IMG/VR virus record: IMGVR_UViG_3300025387_000054
Coordinates: 1-30,455 of that record
Direction: 5' to 3' (one strand)
Source of the DNA: a virus
Taxonomy: Duplodnaviria > Caudoviricetes
DNA length: 30,455 nucleotides
Part shown: positions 7,032-15,050 of the stretch, piece by piece
Layout of the letters: every line of letters begins with the position of its first letter
Position numbering within the stretch: the first letter of the stretch is position 1
The notes under the pieces: generated by a model
What the model was told of the DNA's origin: nothing
What the model saw: the letters and a program-made list of their open reading frames with translations, nothing else
Databases searched by the model: none
Translations under genes and position numbers: made by a program

Positions 7032-7079
7032 GTTCATCTCCAATAGGTAGGTAGGTACTAATCAACTCGACTTGTGGCT

Positions 7080-7133
7080 ATCTTAGCGGCATTTTTTGCC
7101 TTTGTGTGAACTTTTCATCAAATAATTTTGTTA
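7080..7133 (-). promoter_or_regulatory. Sigma70-type promoter homologous to the one at 5761-5814
   Basis: TCACAC-18 bp-TAAGAT; GGCATTTTTTGCC at 7088-7100; aataattttgtta at 7121-7133. Confidence 0.6.
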
Positions 7134-7149
7134 TCTAACGTTACGTTTG

Positions 7150-7162
7150 TAAGTTATTGATT
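7150..7162 (-). promoter_or_regulatory. IHF-binding consensus site
   Basis: Minus strand AATCAA-TAAC-TTA matches WATCAA-N4-TTR in an AT-rich divergent intergenic region. Confidence 0.55.
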
Positions 7163-7282
7163 TATATGCAATTATTGTCAAGTTTTTGACACACGAGCTC
7201 ATCAATTATGGTGGTTTTTTGCTCTGCAACATAAATTTTGCGCTATAAATGCGCTCAGTTTACGCAAATTTTAGGACTATCT

Positions 7283-8035
7283 ATGTCAATCAACCCCTTC
7301 GCTGCATATGGAATCGAGCATTTGAGCCCCAGTTCGCTCAATCAGTTCGCGCAATCGCCTGCAAGCTTTGTATTAACGCGCTTGCTCAAAAAGGTTGCTG
7401 CAACTGGCGCACCAGCCCATCGCGGCACTGCTGTAGAAGCAGGCGTATCAAGCGTGCTTAAAGGATCAACGCTTACTGAGGGCGTTAAATTAGCGCAAGA
7501 GAATTTCAAAACATTAGTGAGTCTCAGCGATGATCCGCGCGTCGAAAAAGAATTTGATGCCATTGGCGGAATGGTTGAACAAGGCGTGATGGCATTAAAG
7601 CCTTATGGCGAACCTACGGCTATTCAAGAGCCAGTCAAGCTTGTCGTACCGGAATTGCCAATCCCAATCATTGGTTTTATTGACTTCCGTTTTGGTAACG
7701 TGATTGTAGATCTTAAATCAACACACGCGTTGCCAAGCAAAATCAATAATACAAACCATGAGCGTCAAGTTGCACTTTATATCGCTGCGTCTGAGGGCGA
7801 TTGCAAAGGTTATTTGTGTTACGTCACAGGCAAGAAGCATGGCGTGTATGAAGTGACCGATGCCGAACAGCAGGCGAAAGCTTTAGCGCGGATCGGCGTG
7901 ACATTAGGTAAATTTTTGTCGCTGTCTGCCGATCCAATGGAGCTCGCCCAATTGGTGATTCCAGATGTAGACAGCTTTTGGTTTTCAAATGACGCACACC
8001 AACGCCAAGCCGCGAAAGAGGTGTGGGGCATTTAA
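7283..8035 (+). CDS. PD-(D/E)XK nuclease superfamily protein (recombination exonuclease-like)
   Basis: HLSPSSLNQF, RGTAVE, E...GFIDF...IVDLKS, RQVALY; start reassigned to ATG 7283 after AGGA. Confidence 0.85.
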   Translation: MSINPFAAYGIEHLSPSSLNQFAQSPASFVLTRLLKKVAATGAPAHRGTAVEAGVSSVLKGSTLTEGVKLAQENFKTLVSLSDDPRVEKEFDAIGGMVEQGVMALKPYGEPTAIQEPVKLVVPELPIPIIGFIDFRFGNVIVDLKSTHALPSKINNTNHERQVALYIAASEGDCKGYLCYVTGKKHGVYEVTDAEQQAKALARIGVTLGKFLSLSADPMELAQLVIPDVDSFWFSNDAHQRQAAKEVWGI

Positions 8036-8103
8036 AGGTTTTGGCATTCGCCAAGAAGCAAGAACGTGGCTAAATACGTTCAAAATTGTTAGAGGTAAAA
8101 ATT

Positions 8104-8754
8104 ATGTCTTTGTTTAATGAAAGTGTTTTTGCTGGCGCTGGTAGCGGTGGAGATATCATCCCCATTGTTAAATATGATGCTCGATCTGGCCGTATGTCGC
8201 GCAGCGACTATGCCAACGGCGAGCGTTCATCAACCGATATTACGCGCTCATTCAAGGCGGTTTTCGATTTTGAAAATATCGAAACGGGCACTATTGATTT
8301 CAGCACGGGTGGAGCTCCAAGTTTTGCCTTGGCTCGATACGGATCGCCAATTCCTGCTGCTCCTTCTCCATCTCATAAGCCAGGCTTTCGAGTCTTGGTT
8401 TACTTGTCGAAAGAGTGTGGCGGAGACTTGCGCGAGTTCGCGTCAACTGCTAAGGCCTGCTTAAAGGGAATTAACCAGCTTTTTACTGCTTACCAGCAGG
8501 GCGTGAAGCAGAATCCTGGCAAGCTTCCTGTTGTGAGCTTGGATGACACTGTAGCCATCGTAACTGGTGAGGGCGCGAAAAAATCGACCGCTTATTCGCC
8601 AGTATTCACGATCCATAAGTGGGTTGATCGTCCTACAGGCTTGGTATACACGCCTCGCGCTGTTGCTGCCGCCCCTGCGGTCACCGCAACTCAAGCGGCA
8701 GTTTCTGCTCCTGTTGAAGCTTCGCCATTTGATGATAGTGACGATTTCGGCTAA
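8104..8754 (+). CDS. Probable ssDNA-binding or annealing protein
   Basis: Follows the exonuclease; beta-rich core, Ala/Pro linker, acidic aromatic tail PFDDSDDFG; GAGGT RBS before ATG 8104. Confidence 0.6.
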   Translation: MSLFNESVFAGAGSGGDIIPIVKYDARSGRMSRSDYANGERSSTDITRSFKAVFDFENIETGTIDFSTGGAPSFALARYGSPIPAAPSPSHKPGFRVLVYLSKECGGDLREFASTAKACLKGINQLFTAYQQGVKQNPGKLPVVSLDDTVAIVTGEGAKKSTAYSPVFTIHKWVDRPTGLVYTPRAVAAAPAVTATQAAVSAPVEASPFDDSDDFG

Positions 8755-8767
8755 ACTCTAGTGAGTG

Positions 8768-8792
8768 GGGGCTGTGTGGCGCAGCCCCTTTT
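8768..8792 (+). terminator. Rho-independent terminator
   Basis: GGGGCTGTG-TGG-CGCAGCCCC-TTTT. Confidence 0.75.
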
Positions 8793-8809
8793 ATACAGGG
8801 TTTATGCTT

Positions 8810-9055
8810 ATGAAGTTTCAAATTAGTCTGAATATCCCAAGCTATAACGGCAAACTGGTTCATCAGATTATTGCCGAGCATCGAGCGGAATCGATTGTGG
8901 AGTTCTGCCAGATCCTAAACGATGAAAAGTTTATCATTTTGGAAGAGTTCTACAAGGAAAAGGAAACGCCCAATTCATTCGCTACTTATTACAGCGTTGG
9001 CTATGTCTGCATTAACACAGACTGGGTTGGCAAAGTCAAAGAATTTACTGTTTAA
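8810..9055 (+). CDS. Hypothetical phage protein
   Basis: MKFQISLNIPSYNGKLVHQII...; start at 8804 or 8810; stop overlaps the convergent gene's stop. Confidence 0.75.
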   Translation: MKFQISLNIPSYNGKLVHQIIAEHRAESIVEFCQILNDEKFIILEEFYKEKETPNSFATYYSVGYVCINTDWVGKVKEFTV

Positions 9056-9768
9056 GTGTAGTAGAACGTAATTTGACCAGCTGCGCCTGCACCGGAGAGA
9101 GTATCGATGTTTGAATTTCCGCCTGTACCGCCACCGCCAGGCGCATTACCATCAAAAGATCCTCCGCTATAAGTAGCAGTCCCGCCACCATTTGGCGAAG
9201 CGCCACCATTGCCGCCATTGTTAAGCGATCCTGCCGTACCAGCCGATCCTGTAGTTCCTGATCCTGTGCCGCTTGTAGTACCGCCAGCACCGCCAGATGG
9301 CGGAGTAGCTACACCAGCTCCGCCCCCGTTTGCCGTTAACGATACTGATCCGCCAGACACGGTAGAAGAGCCGCCAGCATTACCGTTGCGAACTGTTGAA
9401 ACAGCAGCGCCGCCTGCGCCGACAGAATATGAAAATGAGCTAATTCCAGATACAGAAATAGTTTGGGTGGTGTAACCACCACCGCCACCGCCGCCACCCC
9501 CCGCAGCTCCAGCATTTTTAAATGCGCCTGATCCGCCGCCGCCCCACATAGTGATAACGACTTGGCTGGCTCCTGCTGGGACTGTTTCTGTTCCTGATCC
9601 CGAAGAGTAAGTGTGAGTCACAGGGCTAAATAAGTTATAGACCTTTTGCCAAGTTCCCGAAACATTAACCCAGACTTGTTTTACCTGCGTCCATGATCCG
9701 GAAATATTGACGTAGACGTTTTTAATCGTCTGCCAAGTGCCGCTCACATTTATGTTAATACCAGCCAT
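9052..9768 (-). CDS. Glycine-rich tail-fibre tip/adhesin-type protein
   Basis: Three 14-aa N-terminal repeats (N[VI]SG[TS]W), then TETVPAG...ITMWGGGGSG...SVGAGG...ANGGGAG...GAAGQI Gly-rich domain; follows the tail fibre gene. Confidence 0.8.
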   Translation of the reverse strand: MAGININVSGTWQTIKNVYVNISGSWTQVKQVWVNVSGTWQKVYNLFSPVTHTYSSGSGTETVPAGASQVVITMWGGGGSGAFKNAGAAGGGGGGGGGYTTQTISVSGISSFSYSVGAGGAAVSTVRNGNAGGSSTVSGGSVSLTANGGGAGVATPPSGGAGGTTSGTGSGTTGSAGTAGSLNNGGNGGASPNGGGTATYSGGSFDGNAPGGGGTGGNSNIDTLSGAGAAGQITFYYT

Positions 9769-9777
9769 TTTTATACC

Positions 9778-12700
9778 TTAATAAATAAAGTAGATATCGC
9801 CCGAAGATCCGCCAGATGGCGAGCCACCAGACTGTACGGTAATTGATCCGCTACCAAAAGTGTTGCTGGCATAATGTGGGAAAGCTCCGCCGCCATTGTA
9901 GGTTAAGCCAGAAAATGTTGGCGAGTTGCCGGTCCCCAAATTCTGGTTAATCGTGTATTGGCTAATGTTGTACGCCGTGCCAGACGAGTTGATGTACCCG
10001 TTCGGATTGGTCGATGAGTAAGCGCCCAAATTGGACAAGGCAGCAGCGGCCGTTGTCGCTCCAGTTCCGCCATTACCAATAGCCACGGTTCCAGTGACGT
10101 TCGCAGCTGTTCCGCTTATGTTTGAAGATGACGTAATGTAGCCTTGACTCGTAACATAAGATTGAGTTGCGTATGGAGCCAGAGCCGATGACGTAATGTA
10201 TCCAGCTGGGTTGGATGCTGCATAAGCGCCCAAGTTGGTTAACGCATTGGCCGCCGTAGTCGCTCCAGTACCGCCATTAGCGACAGCCACAGTACCGGTC
10301 ACATTGCTTGCGGTTCCGGTCGTGTTCTGGTTCAGCGTTGGGATATCAGCGGCCACTAATGCTCGAAACGATGGCGTTCCTGATCCAGACGTTGGGCCTG
10401 CGAATACGCTGTTCTGAGCTTGGCTTGCGAGCGTTCCAGTAAGCGTACCGCTGCTGGTAACAGGGCTGCCGCTGACACTAAATATTGATGGCAAAGACAA
10501 ACCGACTGATGTAACTGTTCCGCCAGACCCAACAGCAACGCCGTTAACATAAATTCCAGTTGCGTTGATCGTGCCAGCGCCTTGCGAACCTCCTGTCGGG
10601 CTGCCGACAACGAGACTTCCGCTTGCGGTAATGCTTGTTGCCGCTACCGATCCGCCGGACAAGTTGGTTGCGGTAGTGGCGGTAGAAGCTGACGATGCGG
10701 ATGTTGCGGTAGTCGCTGAGGTTGCCGAAGTAGCCGTTGCTGCGTTGCCGCTGATGTTGATGCCCCAAGTTCCAGAAGCGCCGCTTCCGGTAGGCGTTGG
10801 TGGCGTATATCCTAAAGCAGTCGTTACTTGACCAGATGTTAAAGATAGCGTACCGCCGAGCGTCAAGCTACCAGAAGTCGTAACCGTTCCTGAAAGCGTG
10901 ATTCCACTCACGGTTCCGGTTCCGGAAACAGACGAAACAGTTCCGCCGCCAGTGCCAACGGCAACGCCATTCACATAAACGCCTGTGGCGTTAATCGTGC
11001 CTGCACCCTGCGATCCGCCGGTCGGGCTGCCTACCACAAGGCTGCCGCTCGCGGTAATGTTGGTGGCCGCTACAGCGCCTCCAGACAAGCTTGTAGCCGT
11101 GGTCGCGGTTCCGGCATTGCCGGTCACGTTAATAGGCCATGTTCCGGAAGCGTTGCCGCCAGTCGCGCTTGCAGCGTTGAGGTTTGAAAGCGCTCCAGCG
11201 GCGGTTGTAGCGCCCGTTCCGCCGTTTCCGATCCCGACCACGCCAGAGACGTTTGCGGCCGTTCCGGATGACGTAATGTAGCCTTGGCTCGTTACAAAGG
11301 ATTGAGTTGCGTAACCCGAAAGCGCCGATGATGTTATGAATCCGCTTGGGTTGGAGGCCGCATAAGCGCCCAGATTGGACAAAGCGCCAGAGGCCGTAGT
11401 TGCGCCTGTGCCGCCGCTCGAAATCGGCAAGGCGGTCCCTGAAAGCGTCACAGCGAGGGTTCCGCTTGTGGTGATCGGACTACCAGATACCGACAGGAAG
11501 CTTGGGACGGTCATGGCAACGGAGCTGACCGATCCGCTTCCCGTACCGACCGCAACGCCGTTCACATAAACGCCCGTGGCGTTAATCGTACCCGCCCCCT
11601 GCGATCCGCCGGTAGCTCCGCCCAAAACGGTCGATCCGCTGGCTGTAATCGTTGTAGCCGCCACAGAGCCGCCAGAGAGGTTTGTGGCGGTGGTGGCTGT
11701 AGTTGCCGAAGTGGCGGAAGCGACCGCTCCGCTGACAATAGAGCCCGAAATAGAAGTTAACCAAGCCGGATTTGAGTACGATCCAGTCGTATAAACGCCG
11801 TTTGTGACAGTTCCTGCATTTCCCGTGACGCTGATTCCCCAGGTTCCAGACGCTCCTGTGCCGGTGGGAGTTGGAGGCGTATACGTCAAAGCTGACGTTA
11901 CTTGAGATGACGTTAATGAACCTGCGTATGTGCCGGTAATGTTGGCTGCGTTTCCTGAGATGTTTCCGCTAATGGCAGAGCCGGGTATTGAGCTCAGCGC
12001 AGTGACCGCAGATGATCCATTTCCAAACAGATATCCCGACAGCGATGTCGCTCCCGTTCCGCCGTTTGCCACCCCTAAAGTCCCAGCCAAAGTAATTGCG
12101 CCAGTTGTCGCTAAAGCCGGAGTAAGGCCTGTTGATCCGCCGCTAAAGCTCGTGACGGCAAAGCTCGTTGTTGCTTGCCAGCTCGTTGCTCCAGTTCCAT
12201 CTGTAGTCAGCACTTGGCCATTAGATCCTGCCGTGCTTGGCAGAGTCATGGTCCAGCTTGATCCGTTTGCTAAAGCTTTTAATCCAACGTAGCCGCTTAC
12301 TGATCCGTTCAATTGAACATTTCCAGTAACGCCGAGCGTAGACCCGTTGAAAGTTAAATTGGGTGAAGCTCCAAACGATCCACTTGAGTTGTATTGAATC
12401 TGAGTGTTGCTGCCAGCGGCGGTAACAGGAACGCTGGTATTGGCCAATCCAATTCCAATACTAGGCACGGAAATAATCGCGGTCGTGTACGTTTGCGGAA
12501 GAGTAACAGTTGTTCCGCCACTTGCAGAACTAAAAGTGACCGTATAATTTCCAGTCGTATTATTAAAAATACTCCAAGTTCCGCCTACGCCAGTAGGAAG
12601 CTGCAAGTTAATATTTGCACTTAGAGTTCCAGACAAAATAATGATCGGAGGTCTGTACTGTGCAATTGTCAAAGTAACAATGCCAGATAATCCCACTACG

Positions 12701-12834
12701 TTGATTGTGGAGCTTCCGCCCAATGCGGCATCAACAATATCCCAGTCGTTATTAACTGGAACGTCCCAAGTATCAACATAATTGCCGCGATCCGGCTTCT
12801 CAATGTTTTTGTTCGTAGTGTATGAACTGGCCAT
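9778..12834 (-). CDS. Long tail fibre protein (1018 aa, S/T/G/A-rich)
   Basis: N-terminal attachment-like region (TWDVPVNNDWDIVDAA), GSNTQIQYN, GSNGQVLTTDGTG, repeated xxGGTGAT motifs, C-terminal SPSGGSSGDIYF. Confidence 0.88.
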   Translation of the reverse strand: MASSYTTNKNIEKPDRGNYVDTWDVPVNNDWDIVDAALGGSSTINVVGLSGIVTLTIAQYRPPIIILSGTLSANINLQLPTGVGGTWSIFNNTTGNYTVTFSSASGGTTVTLPQTYTTAIISVPSIGIGLANTSVPVTAAGSNTQIQYNSSGSFGASPNLTFNGSTLGVTGNVQLNGSVSGYVGLKALANGSSWTMTLPSTAGSNGQVLTTDGTGATSWQATTSFAVTSFSGGSTGLTPALATTGAITLAGTLGVANGGTGATSLSGYLFGNGSSAVTALSSIPGSAISGNISGNAANITGTYAGSLTSSQVTSALTYTPPTPTGTGASGTWGISVTGNAGTVTNGVYTTGSYSNPAWLTSISGSIVSGAVASATSATTATTATNLSGGSVAATTITASGSTVLGGATGGSQGAGTINATGVYVNGVAVGTGSGSVSSVAMTVPSFLSVSGSPITTSGTLAVTLSGTALPISSGGTGATTASGALSNLGAYAASNPSGFITSSALSGYATQSFVTSQGYITSSGTAANVSGVVGIGNGGTGATTAAGALSNLNAASATGGNASGTWPINVTGNAGTATTATSLSGGAVAATNITASGSLVVGSPTGGSQGAGTINATGVYVNGVAVGTGGGTVSSVSGTGTVSGITLSGTVTTSGSLTLGGTLSLTSGQVTTALGYTPPTPTGSGASGTWGINISGNAATATSATSATTATSASSASTATTATNLSGGSVAATSITASGSLVVGSPTGGSQGAGTINATGIYVNGVAVGSGGTVTSVGLSLPSIFSVSGSPVTSSGTLTGTLASQAQNSVFAGPTSGSGTPSFRALVAADIPTLNQNTTGTASNVTGTVAVANGGTGATTAANALTNLGAYAASNPAGYITSSALAPYATQSYVTSQGYITSSSNISGTAANVTGTVAIGNGGTGATTAAAALSNLGAYSSTNPNGYINSSGTAYNISQYTINQNLGTGNSPTFSGLTYNGGGAFPHYASNTFGSGSITVQSGGSPSGGSSGDIYFIY
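9980..11900 (-). repeat. Modular internal repeats of the tail fibre
   Basis: 3 copies of a ~52-aa unit TAT[NS]LSGG..AAT.ITASGS...GGSQGAGTINATG.YVNGVAVG (about 11545-11700, 10954-11110, 10528-10683); 3 of GGTGATT...LGAY..[ST]NP.G.I; 2 of QVT.AL.YTPPTPTG.GASGTWGI. Confidence 0.9.
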
Positions 12835-12843
12835 CTTTTACTC

Positions 12844-15048
12844 CTAAATTGCGTCCTGAGCCACTTTTAACGCCTTGACGATTGCGTCATCAGGCTGATC
12901 TAAAAGAGGTTCCGTTGTCTTGTCAGTAACCTTTTTCGCTTGCTTAAACTTTCTCATCAGCTCATCTACTAATGGCTGAACATTATCAACCCTTCCGCCA
13001 GACTTGCGCTCAATGCGGCCGCCATTTGCTCTTGGAGCAGATTGCTGTGCTTGATCAGGAATTCCCATATCTTCCCAAGAATAAATTTTATCCTGACTTT
13101 CTTCTTTTGGGCTAGTTTGCTGAGTTTGATTTGACAGCTCACCTGATTGAATTTCTTCCCAAGAAACAGGAGCATTTTTTTCTTCTTCTCCAGTTATAGG
13201 AACTGTAGAAGCAATTGTCCTTGGAGATGGAGCAGCGGCTTTTAAAGCTTTAACAGCATTTTGAACAACAGGAGGAGAATCAGATAATGCTTGATTAAAT
13301 GTATTTCCTAAATTTTCTGCGACTTTCCCTATTGGACTTGCGGCATTTCCTAAAATTTCAGATCCTCTCTCGCCAATACCTTGTAGTTGGCCAAGACGAT
13401 AAGTTGCTCCTCCCACAATACGAGGAGAAGTTGTGGCCGCCACTGCCGCTGCTTTTGGCAAAAACGGCAATAAAGCAGGATTTAATATCATTGAAGCTGC
13501 ACCTGCGCCTTCAGCAATAGAAGCTAATGTACCTCCGGGTAAAGAGCTTAATGAATATCCAGCAATTTTATAAGGCAAATCTGGGTTAACTTGCTCTAAT
13601 TCATTCATTAAAGATTGTCCAGTTTGTCCTTTTAAAGATTTTAAAGCTTTATTTGTTGCTTTAATCGCTGAATTGCTGTTTGCTCCTGTTTCAGATCTAA
13701 TGGTTTTTGCCAAGTCCTGAGCATCTCCATATCCTTGCATAACGGTATTATAATTTGGATCAACTTCATTCATTGCGTCAATAACAGCTTTTCTTGTGTC
13801 GCCATAAGCTTTTTGTGAGAACCCAGAAGAAGCTCCTTGTCTTTCCCATAAATGCTGTTTTAAGACATCAGCTCCAATTATATTTGCATTTTTGTTTTGC
13901 AAGTCATTAATTGCAGACCTTATGTCTTGAATAGTTTGCAAATGATTGGTTGCAAAATTTTGAGGACCTTGATTTAATTCGTTTTCAATTTTATCTAAAG
14001 CTTCATGCGCCCCAGAAAAGTCTACTGGCTGATTAATTAAATTAGCTTTTCCTGCTAAATAATTTTGAGAAGCGTTTTCTCTAATTTTCTTGATGCCATC
14101 AATTAAATCTGAATGAATTTCAGATGCCTGCGTAATTTTATCTGCATTATTACCAGTTTGAAAATTTCTAAAAATTTCTGCCCTTTTTTGCAATTCAGGG
14201 TCTGAACTAAAAGACTCTTTTCCTGCTTTAAAAGCTTGTTTTATTACTGGCTCTCCAGAACCGGTTGTTTTCCCCAAAAGACCTGTTGCGCCCTCTCCTG
14301 AAATTCCTAAAGCATTTGGAACTTTTAGCAGATTATAGCCGGGGGTCATCCATTCACCAGTAGACCCAATAGCGTCTTTAGCTTTTTGTAGAGCCGTTTC
14401 TATTGAATCAAATGTTTTTGTTTTATTTGATGGAGCAACTGAAGAATCATCAAAAGTTGTCCAATTTTGACCATATTCATGAGGATTTGCTTGCAAATGC
14501 AATTTATAAGCTTCGTTTACATCATTGGCAATTGAAGCTCTTTTAGCTAATTTAACAGGAGTACTTAATCCTGCTAAAGCGCCTTCCGCTACTGGAGTAA
14601 AAACGGCAAGATCCCCCATGACCCTGAATGGATCTGTACGAAACATTTCTCCTATTTTATCTCCGTCCCATTCTCTTTCTTTTGTTTTGGGATTAATTGA
14701 TACATACGGATCAGTAAGAGCATCTCTTAATCTTGTATAACCAAGAATTGAATTTCTCGCTCTAACATCTGCATCATTAGGCTTTTCATTAGGGCGAGAT
14801 GGGTATATTTTCATTACATCAGATTCATCAACTGGATGCCCAGCCAGTGATGAAGCTAACTTATAATCTGGATAACCAAGAATTCCAAAAGCATCTTTTA
14901 CTGAACTTGGTTTTTGTAAAAGCGTATCAATGCCATCTACAAATCTTTTAGTATTTCCAACAAAAGATGGACCTAAATTAGCCAAAAGCTCCGTAACAGA
15001 AGCTGGCAAAGATTGTTTTAAGTTATAATATGACGGAAGATCAGCCAT
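12844..15048 (-). CDS. Probable internal virion/ejection protein (734 aa)
   Basis: Large helical protein between the ejection protein and tail fibre genes; Ala/Gly hydrophobic segment GAGAASMILNPALL...TSPRIVG; C-terminal RANGG/RKSGG motifs. Confidence 0.6.
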   Translation of the reverse strand: MADLPSYYNLKQSLPASVTELLANLGPSFVGNTKRFVDGIDTLLQKPSSVKDAFGILGYPDYKLASSLAGHPVDESDVMKIYPSRPNEKPNDADVRARNSILGYTRLRDALTDPYVSINPKTKEREWDGDKIGEMFRTDPFRVMGDLAVFTPVAEGALAGLSTPVKLAKRASIANDVNEAYKLHLQANPHEYGQNWTTFDDSSVAPSNKTKTFDSIETALQKAKDAIGSTGEWMTPGYNLLKVPNALGISGEGATGLLGKTTGSGEPVIKQAFKAGKESFSSDPELQKRAEIFRNFQTGNNADKITQASEIHSDLIDGIKKIRENASQNYLAGKANLINQPVDFSGAHEALDKIENELNQGPQNFATNHLQTIQDIRSAINDLQNKNANIIGADVLKQHLWERQGASSGFSQKAYGDTRKAVIDAMNEVDPNYNTVMQGYGDAQDLAKTIRSETGANSNSAIKATNKALKSLKGQTGQSLMNELEQVNPDLPYKIAGYSLSSLPGGTLASIAEGAGAASMILNPALLPFLPKAAAVAATTSPRIVGGATYRLGQLQGIGERGSEILGNAASPIGKVAENLGNTFNQALSDSPPVVQNAVKALKAAAPSPRTIASTVPITGEEEKNAPVSWEEIQSGELSNQTQQTSPKEESQDKIYSWEDMGIPDQAQQSAPRANGGRIERKSGGRVDNVQPLVDELMRKFKQAKKVTDKTTEPLLDQPDDAIVKALKVAQDAI

Positions 15049-15050
15049 GA

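Noticed and set aside
7134-7200. IHF site as evidence of attP or a prophage boundary
   Set aside because: No integrase, tRNA fragment or host genes in the window
7283-8035. Nuclease as Cas4
   Set aside because: Lacks the four-Cys Fe-S cluster pattern; context fits a recombination exonuclease
8041-8054. Small hairpin TTGGC-ATTC-GCCAA between nuclease and SSB genes
   Set aside because: Only a 5-bp stem with no downstream U tract; too weak to call
9769-9780. Tail fibre stop is in frame with the tip gene (TAA GGT ATA AAA ATG), suggesting read-through or recoding
   Set aside because: TAA is a strong stop, TAAGGT serves as an RBS, and all three stop codons end genes normally elsewhere; no sign of an alternative genetic code
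9980-11900. Fibre repeats as DGR template/variable repeats or a shufflon
   Set aside because: No reverse transcriptase or invertase in the window; differences look synonymous rather than adenine-specific; all copies are in frame and direct
9209-12624. Many plus-strand ORFs rich in V/P/A opposite the tail fibre and tip genes
   Set aside because: Antisense shadows of G/T/A/S-rich repetitive coding sequence; no RBS or recognisable domains
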